A stretch of 64,000 bases of DNA from Camelus ferus (Eukaryota): NCBI RefSeq assembly GCF_009834535.1, contig NC_045696.1, positions 116,190,001-116,254,000 of the forward strand. Direction: 5' to 3'. Position 1 is the stretch's first letter. Each line of letters starts with the position of its first letter. A model generated the notes under the pieces. That model did no database searches. It had not been told where the DNA came from and worked only from the letters and a program-made list of their open reading frames with translations. The translations under genes and the position numbers were made by a program. Positions 51,030 to 63,199 of this stretch are shown here, piece by piece.

Positions 51030-51835
51030 GTAGGCGGGAAATGTACAGCTCACTGGCAGAGCGTGTGCTTAGCACGCACGAGGGCCAGGTTCAATCCCCA
51101 GGACTGTTGCCGGTGGATATGACCGGTGTTCCAGGTTCTTGTCCCGTCCCAGAAAGAATTCAGAGACAAGACGTAGTGGTTAAAAAAGTAAAGTGAGGAT
51201 TTATTAAAGGATGGATAGCTGCACTCTCAAGGGGGAGACTGGGCAGGCTCAGGTGAGCGGCTGCCCTGAGTTTCTTTGGCAAGTTAGCTACATAGGGTGT
51301 AAAAATGAGTGGGCGGAATATTTATTGGGGAGGGAACAGGTTTGGGGTCATATTCCCTGCTTATCATCCCAACTCCACCTTCCCAAAGGGAGGAGGGATT
51401 TTTGTCCTTATTTAGTCTCGATCAGCACTGACATGGCTTTGGTGCATGATGGGTACATCTGATCTGCAAGGCTAATTTTATTGAAATCAGGGCATAATGA
51501 GCAAAAGGTTATATTCAGACACTGGAAATTCCTGCATTTTCTCACTTTTGTCAGTCTCCAGGCCACTCATCACCCAAAAAGTTCTGACCACTTATCAGCC
51601 CAAAGGTTCCTGCTTTTCTTTCTCTGTTCAGAGGATCCCTAGTACTTACATGATGTGGTTTTCCTGCATTTGGCCCGTGCCCCTCCTTTCTGCCCAATTC
51701 CTGCCATTTGGTCTGTGTCCCCCTTTCTCTGCTCGTATCTAGCTATCTGCCTGCTGTCACAGTACCTTCATCAAAATAAATAAATAAATCTAATGACCTC
51801 CTCCCTAAAAAAACATTTTTAAAAAAGATGACAAA
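51030..51835 (+). mobile_element. Vic-1-like SINE split by an LTR
   Basis: Head ends ttcaatccccaggac (51104) and resumes gtaccttca...aataaatctaatgacctcc (51762). Confidence 0.88.
51105..51761 (-). mobile_element. Young ERV1-class solo LTR (family A)
   Basis: TGT...ACA, TSD ggac/gtac; homologous to 53048-53660. Confidence 0.92.
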
Positions 51836-52660
51836 TACACAATACATAAAAGATAACGAGTAAAAAATGGGCATGATAGTAATAACAGATGCCTCTTACT
51901 CTCCAGTCATCTCAGCTCTAAGAAATTCTTGTTACACTTTCATCCAGCATCGCAATTGAAAGCTCTCCTTTAAGGCATTCAGCGTGCGTGCCTTCTCGAA
52001 AATTTTCCTCATTCTAGTAAAAAGAGCAATGTCTACTTCAGAAGGTTCATTTTCTTTTAATTCTTTTCTGAAAATGGAAGGTGCCAGTCCTCTCTGACTT
52101 CTTTTGTAGTCTGATAGAAGGCCCTTAACACTCGCTGTCTCCCAGGATAATTAGCAAGAAAGAGCAATTAAAAACAACACAAATGCCAAAGAAGAACAAT
52201 AAAGAAAGGTGGCCATTTTCCCAGGCTGAGTCATATAGTTCCTCACGGTCTCTGCTGTCATCCAGAACATGTGAACCATGCTGCCAAACAGATGAAAAGA
52301 TGGTAGGTGGTCACACAGTCACAACAGTCAGCAGCAGAACAATGAGAAGGGAGAAGGACCCTGGCCAAGGAGCAGAGGAAGGGACTAGTGGCAAAATGGA
52401 ACTCTTTCCTCTAATCACCAGAATCTTTGCTTCTTTCCTCCCCCTGACACACACGAGTTGCCCCCAAATCTGAAAATGGTATCTAAGAATTACATTGTGC
52501 CATCAGCCCTGGAACCAGGAGCAGGGGAGGAAGAGGAGCTGCTGGGGGTTGGGGGTGGACAGCTGCTGTCACACACACACCTCCAAGGCAAGTGGCAGCC
52601 ACTGTAGGGAGAATGGGCTGACCCCATCAGAGCTGGAGAGAGCTTGGACTATATCCCAAT

Positions 52661-53753
52661 TGTTACCGAAGGCAAGTTCGGGTGCCCAACGCACCATGAG
52701 TCCAAACAAACTGAAACATGAGTTTGGAGCAGAGAAAGTTTTACGCAGGGCCAAGCAAGGAGGGCGGTGTGGCTCATGCCCAAGAGAACCCCGACCTCCT
52801 CGAAGTGTTTCAGCAAAGCATATTTAAAGGCCAGGTCAGAGGTTGGGGTGGTCACAGGGTACACGATCAGCTCGTGCACAATTTCCTGATGGGTTGATAC
52901 AGAGGCAACAGGGCGGCCAACACTATCAACCCCTAGGCACCAGTGGGTCTGGGGCCACCTGCTCTCGATCACCAAGTTGTTCATTTCTTCCCTTTGGTGG
53001 TGGTTTTAAGCATCTGAAAAACTCAGGAAATATACATGAGATACTATTGTTGCTGGTAGATGTAACTAGTGATCAGTCCTTGTCCCGTCCCAAAAAGAAT
53101 TCAGAGACAAGATGCAGAGGTTAAGAAAGTAAAGTGGGGCTTTATTAAGTAATGGATAGGCCACTCTCAAGGGGAGAGCGGGCAGGCTCAGGTGAGCAGC
53201 TGCCCTGAGTTTCTTTGGCCAAGTTAGTTACACAGAGTATAAAAATGGGCAAAATATTCGTTGGGGAGGGAAGGGTTTGGGGTCATATTCCCTGATTTTC
53301 ATCCCAGCTCCACCTTTCCAAAGGGAGGAGGGATTTTTGTCCTTATGTATTCCGGATCATCATTGTCATGGCCTCGGTGCATGATGGGTACTTCTCATCT
53401 GCAAGGCTAATTTTATTGTAATGAGGGCACAATGAGCAAAAGATTACATTCAGACCCTGGAGATTCCTGCTTTTTCCTACCTTTCTTTGTCGGCCTGAGC
53501 TGCCCATCACACCAAAAGGTGTGACCACTTATCAACCCAGAGCTTCCTGCTTTTCTTTCTCTGCCCAGGGACCCCTGGTTCTCACATGATGTGTGGTTTC
53601 CTGCATTTGGCCTGCGACCCTCTTTCTCTGCTCATATCTAGCTGTTTGCCTGCTGTAACATTATTATCTGGGTCCTTCAGAGAGGAGCTACAGTAGAGGA
53701 CATGGGGGAGGGGTCTGACCCCAGAAAGCCCCACAGGGTCCTGCTTGGCTACA
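52661..53753 (-). mobile_element. ERV1-class solo LTR (family B), interrupted by a family A LTR
   Basis: TGT...ACA, perfect TSD caat/caat. Confidence 0.92.
53048..53660 (-). mobile_element. Solo LTR family A nested in family B LTR
   Basis: TGT...ACA, TSD ctat/ttat. Confidence 0.92.
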
Positions 53754-54180
53754 CAATGACTGGGGAGAAAAAAGTTAAGTCACATATGGCTTCTGCCTTC
53801 AAGAATATTATTTCAATATATAATTTGAATTTTTATTCCCTCAGCTTCTCCACCACCATTTTTTCATGATATATATGAATATATATAATTATGAATAGGT
53901 GTATCCCATTATATGAAATATATAAAGATATAATGTTTGTTGAAATATTATATGTCTGCAATAAATATAGATTCATTTATTCAGCAAATATATATGAATA
54001 AAGGTAATGAATGGGGTGAGGTCAGCTCTTCCCTAGTCTTGCTTCCAATCTTTACTGATGTTTGTGTTTAATAATGTTTGCAGAAACTCTTTGCAATAAA
54101 TCATGAAAACTTTCAGGGATATAGCCATGTCAAATAATGTTTATTAATGGGATGAGATGGTTGCAGTTTATGGCTAAGTT

Positions 54181-54602
54181 TGTACCCCTATGAGGCGTTC
54201 CCAGGACAGATCCCTTCCCCATGTCCTCCTCTGTAGCTCCTCTTGGAAACACCCAGATAACTAGTATCTCATGAATATTTCCTGAGTTTCTCAGATGCTA
54301 AAACCACCACCAAATGGAAGAAATCAACTACTTGATGATCATGAGCCTTCTGGAACCTAAGGATTGAGCAACCAGTCCCGAGAATTGTGCACAGCTGATC
54401 ACAGACCTGGGCATGCCCCTCCCTCATCTGGTCTTTAAAAAGTCTCAGCTGAAACCCTTTCAGGGCGGTCAGGGGTCTTGAGCACATGCACCACCCCCAT
54501 CTTCCTTGCTCAGCCCTGCAGTGAGCCTTTCTCTGCTCAAAACTCTCACATTTCAGTTTGGCCTCACTGTATGTCGGGCACGCGACCTTGCATTCAGTAA
54601 CA
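54181..54602 (+). mobile_element. Solo LTR family B, opposite orientation
   Basis: Reverse-complement homology to 52661-53753; perfect TSD agtt/agtt. Confidence 0.9.
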
Positions 54603-54689
54603 AGTTAAAAACAACAGCAGTTTATCACTAAGTCTACAAAAGAGCATGTTACAGTATGTGGCAATTTTGGTGACAGTTATACACTCACT

Positions 54690-55250
54690 CATTCCTTCAA
54701 CACATTTTTATTGACCACCTACTCTGCTGATCACTGCTATACTCGCAAAAATCCTTTGCCCTTGAAGAGCTACATTCTAGAAGGGGGTGGGGGTGGGGGG
54801 GAGCAAGCCAGGTAATAAACAGTGATGGAATTAAATAAGTACGTTCTCCAGCATGTTAGAAAATCCCAAATTCTGTTAAGAAAAGCAGAAGTGGAGCACA
54901 CTAAGGAGGCCTGGAAGTCGTGGGTTTGAGGAAATGTGGGGGTGGGTTTAGGATTGAAACACAGTTGTCGAGCTAGGCTATTTTGAGAATGTGAGATTTG
55001 AGCAAAGACTAGAAGGGGAGGGGTATTTAAGGAGATGGCCCGCTTGGGAAAGAGCCTGAAAAAAGACCTGAAGGTGGTGTGGCTGCCTGCACAAGCATCA
55101 GCAGTGGGAGGGTGGGGCTCACGCTGGGGGAAAAACCAGCAAAGTCAGAGAGGGACGAGGCAGGCAGATGCCGGGGGTCTCCTAAGATACTGTGTCGTAG
55201 TATTGTCTCCACAAAAATGCTAGAAAATATAAGCCAAATAGGTGGATTTC
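54690..55250 (-). mobile_element. L2 remnant
   Basis: cactcattccttcaacacatttttattgaccacctactctg...gagatttgagcaaagactagaagg. Confidence 0.65.
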
Positions 55251-55627
55251 TTTTTTCTGAGTGACAGGATAACAAGTAATTCATTTTTTCTATGTGCTTT
55301 TCTTTTTTTTTTCCAGTTTGATTGATATACATCACTGTATAGGTTTAAGGTGTGCAGCATAAAGGTTTGACCCACACATATGGTGAAATCATCACCACAA
55401 TATGTTCAGTTAGCATCCATATTGGTCCACCCAGGAAAAGCAAAAAAAAAAAGACAGAAAAGGGTTTTTTTCCCCTTGTGATGAGAATACAATCTAGGTT
55501 TCCTATGCAGCTGACCCCTGAACAACGTGGCCTTGAACTGTGTGGGTCCACTTACAAGCAGATATTTTTCAATAAACATATGAAAATATACTTGTAGACC
55601 GTCATAGGCAAGACTGAATAGCCTATC

Positions 55628-55806
55628 TTTTTTTTTTTAACATTTTTTATTGATTTATAATCATTTTACAATGTTGTGTCAAATTCCAGTGTTCAGCACA
55701 ATTTTTCAGTTATTCATGGACATATACACACTCATTGTCACATTTTTTTCTCTGTGAGTTATCATAACATTTTGTGTATATTTCCCTGTGCTATACAGTG
55801 TAGTCT
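55628..55806 (-). mobile_element. Young L1 3' end with perfect 13-bp TSD
   Basis: TSD tgaatagcctatc at 55615-55627 and 55807-55819; 3'UTR type matches the L1 ending at 4878. Confidence 0.93.
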
Positions 55807-56392
55807 TGAATAGCCTATCCTTGAACTGAATAACCTACCCTGACGTAGGCATGAGAGTGGTATTTAATATGGAATTAATAATGTGTTCTTACTGTTTTAT
55901 AACTTCCTTTCAGGGAATTACGTGACCACACAGGGTGTCTCTCTCTCTTGTAACCGGAGAGACTGCGTTATCAGCCTGTCATCACAGGTAAGTGTTTTGT
56001 TTTTTCTTTAATGTAACAATGTTCCCAATACTATATTGTGAATGTGACTGTAATACTGTGTGTCATAAAAATTTTATAATAATTCCTCCATTAGTGTATG
56101 AGCTAGGCTACCATAGAGCAATCATATTGCTGCTGCTTCAGTATCAAGGCATGAATTTTTATACTTGTAAATAAATACGAATTTCTTTTTCACATTAGCT
56201 TTTCATGTTTGATGTCTAGTGTTAGTAATAACATCTACAGTGCTTTGCTCCATGTAAGACAATATTGGTGTGGGTACCGGCAGGTAAACAGACACCAACT
56301 TAATGGGATTGATAAATACCATAATGTACATGTATTTTCCTTATGATGTTCTTAATAACGTTTTTTCTTCTCTAGCTTATTTAATTGTAAGA

Positions 56393-56813
56393 TGTACGGT
56401 CAGGTCACTCACGATGGCTGTCCCCTTGCTCTGTTTGTCCCCTGCTCAATAGGTGTCTGCGTCATACACCTGCTCAGGTGATGGGGCCCCAGGCCCCAGC
56501 TGGTGATTGTTCTTACAGGGGGTGGTAAGGGGCGTGCCCTCCTGCTGGTTTCCCTGGTAACCGAGGAGCCAACCTGATGTCAGTTCCCCTTATAACTGCT
56601 AACCTCCCCGCTCCCCTGGCCCAGGAGCACAGACTGCAGCCGCTGCCCGCGGTCCACCGCACGTTGGGGGAGTCGCCCCAGGACCTTCCTTCAGACAAGT
56701 AAGCTCCCCCATCTATTAACTCATTGATGGCTCTGTCACTGCTCCCGGCTCTTCCTTTGGTCTTAGAACTGGGCGAGTTCAGGCCTTGTGGTCTTGTGGA
56801 GTAGGGCCCAACA
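56393..56813 (+). mobile_element. Solo LTR nested in Tigger2
   Basis: TGT...ACA, TATA-like cttataac, CpG-rich; Tigger sequence resumes after it. Confidence 0.85.
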
Positions 56814-57659
56814 TAATACAGCAAATAATATGTATACAAAATATGTGTTAATCAACTATGTATTGGTAAGGTTCCTGGTGAATAAGAGGCTATTAGTAGT
56901 TAAGTTTTTAGGGAGTCAAAAGTTACACTTGGATTTTCCACGGTGTCGGGGGTAGGCGCCCCAACCCCTGCGTTGGTCGGGAGTCAGCTGTGTATTACGG
57001 AGCAGTGTTAACCATGGTCATCATGTTGTACCTGACATCCTAGCACTCATTTATCTATAACCGGAAGATTGTGCCTTTTGACCACCTTCCTCCAACTGTG
57101 CCTCTTTTCTGTACCCGTCTCATAATTAGGAAAAAAAATTATCGTAGGAAACAATTCTAATAAAATCTTAGGAGAAATTCAAGCTAGCCGAACCCCTTAT
57201 TCTCTGCCACACCTGTGAGGAGTTACGCCAAAAGAATTCAGGCTTCCCCCCTGGCTAGGAGCACGCACCTGCAAGCCATAGTCTCCTCCCCCACAGCAAG
57301 GAAGATATGAAAGAATCAATAGCCCAGTGCAGCCTTTGGGTCATAGCTCATCACATCAGAGCCTGCTGCCTGTTAGACCCGTTTCTCCAGGGGGTTGGAT
57401 CTGACAGACCCAGGGCTTTGCCATCTACACCTGTGAGTCCCACCGGACCAATTTCTGCCTTAGCCACTCAATTCAACACACGCCGACTGAGCACCTACTG
57501 TCGGTAAAGCCGTCCCTGCCGCCATGGGTTCAAAATCTAGGAGACTGCTGTCTGAGCCAACAATCACAGTAAGGCCATCCCCAGAAGACTAGCCAGAGGA
57601 TGTACAAGGAAGGAGGGGCAAGGCTTCCAGGAGGGGGATAAAAACAAGAGACAGACACT

Positions 57660-57914
57660 GTGCTTCTCAGACATTAATGTGGACGTAAATCCTGGAAGAG
57701 CTGGCTAAAATGCAGGATCTGATTCAGGCAGGTGGGGTGTCGCCTGAGATCCTGCATTTCTAACAAGCTCTCAGGTGAAGTCGATGCTACCGGGAAGGAC
57801 CGCATTGCTGGATGGAGAGCCACACTCTGAGCCGCCCAGGGGTCAGAGCAGTCTGTTTCTGAACCTTGCTGCACATTGGAATCCCCTGGAGACTTTTAAA
57901 AATTACTGATACCT
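57660..57914. mobile_element. MER5-type MITEs (second one continues at ~59476-59600)
   Basis: ctgagatcctgcatttctaacaagctctcaggtga; gctgcacattggaatcccctgga. Confidence 0.8.
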
Positions 57915-58240
57915 AAGAGGACACTAATGAACTCATCTACAAAACAGAAACAGACTCTCAGACATAGTAAAAAATCTTATGGTTACTGGGGGAAAGAGGG
58001 TGGGAAGGGATAAATTTGGGAGTTTGAGATTTGCTAAAGTTAATCACTATATAAAAATTGATAAAAACCAAATCTCTTCTGTATAGCACAGGGAACTATA
58101 TTCAATATCTTGTAATAACCTTTAATAAAAGGAATATGAAAATGAATATATATGTATGCATATGCATGACTGGGACATTGTGCTGTACACCAGAAACTGA
58201 CACACTGTAACTGACTATACTTCAATTAAAAAAAAAAATG
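57915..58240 (+). mobile_element. Young L1 3' end
   Basis: 3'UTR plus A tail; TSD ttaaaaattactgat(a/g)cct. Confidence 0.92.
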
Positions 58241-58260
58241 TTAAAAATTACTGATGCCTG

Positions 58261-58863
58261 AAATGACAAGACAACCTATGGAATGGGAAAAAGTATTTGC
58301 AAACAATATGGTTTATATGATATATATGGTATATCTCAGATATATCTGATAAAGGGCTAATATCCAAAATATATAAAGAACTCATACAATTCAGTAGTTT
58401 AAAAAAACCCAAATAACTCAGTTAAAAATGGGCAAACCACCTAGACATTTTTCTATATGAAAGGCCAACAGGTATTACAAAGATGTTCAACATCACTCGT
58501 TATTGGGGAAATGCAAATTAAAACCACAATGAGTATCACTCCTCACTCCTAGTAGAATAGCCGTCATCAAAAAGACAAGAAATAACAAATGCTGGGGTGG
58601 ACGTGCAGAATGGGGAACCCTTGTGCACAGCTGGTGGGAATGTAAATTGGTACAGTAACTATGGAAAACAGTACGGAGGTTCCTCAAAAAATTAAAAACA
58701 AAATTACCATATGATCTGGCAATTCCACTTCTGGGAATATAGCCAAAGGAAATGAAAACTAACTCAGAAGAATATCTGTACCCTCATACTCATAGCAGCA
58801 TTATTTGCAATAGCTAAAACACAGAAGCAACCTAAGTGTCCATTGATGGATGAATCGATAAAG

Positions 58864-58912
<49 letters not shown>

Positions 58913-59475
58913 GGGATGTTATTCAACCATAAAAAAGAAGGAGGAGATCCTGCCATTTTGTGACAACACAGATGAAACTTGAAGGTATTATGTTAAGTGA
59001 AACAAGTCAGGCAAATACTGTATGATCTCACTTATATGTGGAATCTAAAAACAAAAACAAAAACAAACTCAAAGGAAAAAAAGATCAGACATGTGGTTAC
59101 CTGAGGCAGAGGCTGGAGGGAGAGGGAATTGGAGGAAAGTGGTCCAAAAGATACAAATTTCCTGTTATAAGAGAGTAAGTCCTAGGATGTAATGTACAAC
59201 ATGGTAAGGATAGTTAATGCTGCTGTATGATATATAGGAAATTTTGGGGGAATAAAATCCTAAGACTCCTCACCAGAAGTAGAAACGTTTTTTCTTCCTT
59301 TCTCTTTTCTTCTTTCTTTTCTTCGTATTGTACCTACACAAGATGATGGACGTTAGCTGAATGTATGGTAATAATCATTTTACAACATCTGTAAATCAAA
59401 CCTTTGTGCTGTACACCTTAAACCTATTCAGTGGTGTATGTCAAGCATTTTTCAATATAACTGGGAAATTTTTTT
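58261..59475 (+). mobile_element. Older L1 ORF2 end/3'UTR containing (TG)n at 58865-58908
   Basis: gacaacctatggaatgggaaaaagtatttgcaaac...gtgctgtacaccttaaacc...caatataactggg. Confidence 0.9.
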
Positions 59476-60024
59476 TTAAAGCACTGATGCCTGGCTCCAC
59501 CCTGAAATGCTGATATAATATGTATGGGATGCAACCCGGGCATCAGGATTTTTTTTAACACTCCCCCAGGGTAGTTCTATATGTAACAACATGTGAGATT
59601 CATTAGCATTCAAAGGGCCAAAAGAGGACCCAATGCCTGCAGGGAATTGGAGGGAAATGTAATGGGAGAAGTCAGCAGATGCCAATCATATATCTAATTT
59701 CCATACTAGGAAGTCTGGCTATATATACACAGATAGATGGAGACAGAGACGGCTGGTGGGTAAGGGAGTGGGTGGATGGATGGATAGATAGATAGATAAA
59801 TAGATAGATCGATCCAGCTGCCTGTTAAGATCTTGTTTCTTCAATAGCTAATAGACAGTCCAAAACTATGATGTAAAAACTCAAAACTCCAGATTTCTAC
59901 CCCCATCCCTACCAAGAAAAGCTCTCTTCCTCCTTTAGTCTTTCCCACCTCAGTAAGTCTCATTACCATCCTTCCTACTGCTCTAGGAGTCATCTGTGAC
60001 TCTCACTGTTTTAAGCATCCTTAT

Positions 60025-60760
60025 TTAATCCTTACTCTTGAGTAGTTCTCTTATCTGAATATATCTTGATATATTATTGCTGCTTGTTGTGTCTGCTGAC
60101 TCTCGATGGTGGTGCAGTGTCTTCTTCCAGGCTTTGTAATTTTGGATTGTGAACTCTTTCATGCTCTTTGGGACTCTTCTTGGTGGGAACCTCATACTAT
60201 GCAGATGGAGGGTGTTCCTCTGAGGGGTTTTACATTTATTTTGCCAAAAGCCCAGGGTTTTCACAGGCTCAGACCACTTTTATGTTAATTCATTGGCTTG
60301 GAGTTTCCAGAACCATACAGATAGAAAGATTTCAATCCCACCTCTGGGTGAGGAAAAGGATATAATTAGGAATTTCAGGAAAGACCTTTTCTATCTAAAA
60401 TGTACATGAAGACCTGCAAATGTCCTTCAGACACTATTCTGCACCAATAGGTTGTTTTTCTAGTGTGAATCTTCAAAGGCTCTTGCTTTCTGCAGGGGGT
60501 TCCAAGTACAATCTTTAAACTCATGGAATCCCAACAGCATTATCTTCTATTCCTGTGTAGCCCTAAGAGGTAAACCTCTATGCCACTGAGACTAGGATCC
60601 TGCCCCCTCCCCTGATCCCGTTCCCAGGCTGTCAAGCCATCCAGTGTGTTTCAGCTTTGGTTCTCAGTTTGTACTTCATTTTTAGCCCACTGGGAATTCC
60701 CTTACATGCTTCCTGGCTTGGTTACACATTTTAAAATGATATCTTTTTATATTTTCTAAC
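60025..60760 (-). mobile_element. Old L1M 5'-region remnant
   Basis: gtgtctgctgactctcgatggtgg...gtaattttggattgtgaactc resembles L1M 5' sequence. Confidence 0.45.
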
Positions 60761-61619
60761 ATGTGTGAGTGTTCTACAGCAGAAATCTTCCTGGGTAATC
60801 TAGTTTGCCATATTGCCAGAAACAGATATGGTGCATGGTAACACAATGCCACCTAGATCAGCAGGATAAGTTAAAACTGAGCATCTCAAAACTGTAGACA
60901 AAGCCATGACAATTTTTCAGGGATTTATAAAGTCATGCAGAATTTTACAGTGTCATGAAATGCGGTAATAAATATTTAGAAGCTTCTTTTGAGGTTTCTC
61001 ATTTTACATCAAAGGTAAGAAGCACGGCCACATTGACTGGGGAAACACTTGTTCTTTCTGTCACAGTTAAAGTGGCTGAAATAATACCACCCCAAAAGCA
61101 TATGGTGAAACCTAAAATGTATATCTTTGTCAGCAAATACTTTTTGATGATGGATGGAAAGTATTATAGAAGAGTAAAGAAACAAATGTTGGAATGGATT
61201 ACGTTGTGTCGAATTTTTGCTATATATTTGGATGAAGCACTGATGTTTCTAACACATTTCAGCTTGCGGTATTTTCTGGATTGTTTCCAATAATAAAATA
61301 CATGAAGAACTACATTTTTTGGTGGGCTGCTAAAATGAAGGGCCAAATGCAATTTTCTCTCAGTTATAAATAACTCCTGTTAGAAAAATTGTATGTGGGA
61401 AGTTGCAGTCAATGATCTGAGTTGGAATTTTTTAAGTTCCCAAGCAATGGTACAGATACAGTGTCCCACCTGAAGTGCATCCCTGCTGCCATTCACAGGC
61501 AAGCTCTCGGCAGCAAAGATGGTGACTCCGAAAGAGAGCCACGTGCGGCAGGACATGGCAGGTGCAGTTGGATTTACAAAATGTAAGGGACTCTCTGCAC
61601 TCCTTTATGGAGGGTAACT

Positions 61620-61990
61620 TTCTTAGATCAGGTTCCGGAAGCAGATTCTAAGGAGAGTCACATATAGAAACTTGCTTAAAGAGTGCCCTCAGGATTAACT
61701 CCGGGGAAGTGCAAGAGGCAGGATTAGGCAGAGGGTGAAACTGAACCGTGATGCAGTTAGGACAGCATCCTCAACCAGTCCCCTGAGCAGCTCTGGAGCT
61801 GGGATGGCCCTTCGATGTCCCATGTTGCAGCAAGCTAGCCAGGACTTAACCCAGCACTGATCAGTTATTGAATGAGAGCTGCCCCTGGGAGGGGATGTCA
61901 CTTTGGGGGAGGTGCCTTTCTTCCACTGAATGCAGTACCTAGAGAATGACCTGTCGGCCACCAACATGGCGTGAAGGGCTGAGAGTGCAC
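61620..61990 (-). mobile_element. ERVL LTR16-like remnant
   Basis: gcaggattaggcagagggtgaaactgaaccgtgatgcag...gagcagctctggagctgggatggcccttc. Confidence 0.6.
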
Positions 61991-62400
61991 CTCGCTGTCC
62001 ACTAAAGCAACCATGTAGAAGGTTGCAGGAGAGACTGTGGTGAAGTCCTTGAAAGAACTGGCCAGCTTAAAGATGAGTTCTTCATTTCTCTCTTGCAAAG
62101 AAATCGAGTGAGCCAAATTGTGCCCATCTTTGCTATAGTGATGACAGAGAACACAAGAATGTGACACACCACAAAAAAATTCACTCTAACAATAAATAAG
62201 AAAACAGCTACTTTTTGAAAGCCATTTATGCTGTGGAAAACAGAAGTTTGGAAGTGTTTTCATTGTTATATGCTGTTATTTCTAAAAATTATGCAGCCTG
62301 TAAAACCTCTAATACATGTGCCCTTAAGAAATCTGGAAAACTGTTTTAACTTACAAAATTTTTTCAGTAGCTTCAGTGCATGTTAAACGTAGATGTTAAA

Positions 62401-62980
62401 CTAATTCACAAAAATATATGCACCCCAATGTTCATGACAGCATTAGTTATAATGCCAAGGTATGAAAGCAACCTAAGTGTCCATCAACAGATGAATGGAT
62501 AAAGAAGATGTGATGTGTATATATATGATGGAATATTACTCAGCTATTAAAAAAGAACAAAATTTTGCCATTTTTAGCAACATGGATGGGTTTGGAGGGT
62601 ATGATGCTAAGTGAAATAGGTTGGACAGAGAAAGACAAATACTGCATGATATCACTTGTATTTAGGAATCTAAAAAAAATACAGCAAACTAGTGAGTAAC
62701 ACAGAAAAGAAGCAGACTCACAGATGTAGAGAAAAAAACTAGTGGTTACCAGTGAGGAGAAAAAAGGAGGGAGGGGCAATATAGGGGTAGGGGATTAAAA
62801 GATACAAACTACTAGGTATAAAATAAGCTACAAGGATATATCGTACAACACAGGGAATGTAGCCAATGTTTTACTATAAATGGAGTATAACCTTTAAAAA
62901 TTGTGAATCACTATACTGTACACCTGTAACATATACTACCGTACAGCAACTATGCTTCAGTGTTTATAAAAAAGGAGAAA
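62401..62980 (+). mobile_element. L1 3' end
   Basis: atgcaccccaatgttcat...gtacagcaactatgcttcag. Confidence 0.9.
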
Positions 62981-63199
62981 AAACTACTTGTTAAAACTTT
63001 TAAATTTATAAGCCTTCACTAGATAAAAATTTCCTGGTTGTTTTTTAACGATAACGTTGATGTAATTTTGAATTAACTTTAAACAATGGCAATTACCATT
63101 TGGAAGGCAGAGTCAAAGCTAGACTTTTTCCATTTGGGTTAATGTGTAGTTGAAAGAGCTTTTCCAACCCCAATAGCCATTTAAAATCAAGTGTGTAAA

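Larger units (their letters stand above)
55508..56990 (+). mobile_element. Tigger2-like TcMar DNA transposon (non-autonomous)
   Basis: Terminal inverted repeats cagctgacccctgaacaacg / cgttggtcgggagtcagctg. Confidence 0.88.
55300..57110 (-). mobile_element. Old L1 3' fragment split by Tigger2 (pieces ~55300-55505 and 56991-57110)
   Basis: Antisense L1 3'UTR text continues across the Tigger. Confidence 0.75.
60830..63190 (+). pseudogene. Fossil hAT Charlie/Buster-type transposase, interrupted by an LTR and an L1
   Basis: LEASFEVS...GETLVL, FAIYLDE-(S)TDVSN (frameshifted), IHRQAL and F*KPFMLWK motifs occur in the order expected for Charlie/ZBED5-like transposases. Confidence 0.75.

Noticed and set aside
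51105..53660. Provirus bounded by the two family A LTRs
   Set aside because: Each LTR has its own TSD and host element, and no PBS, gag or pol sequence is evident between them.
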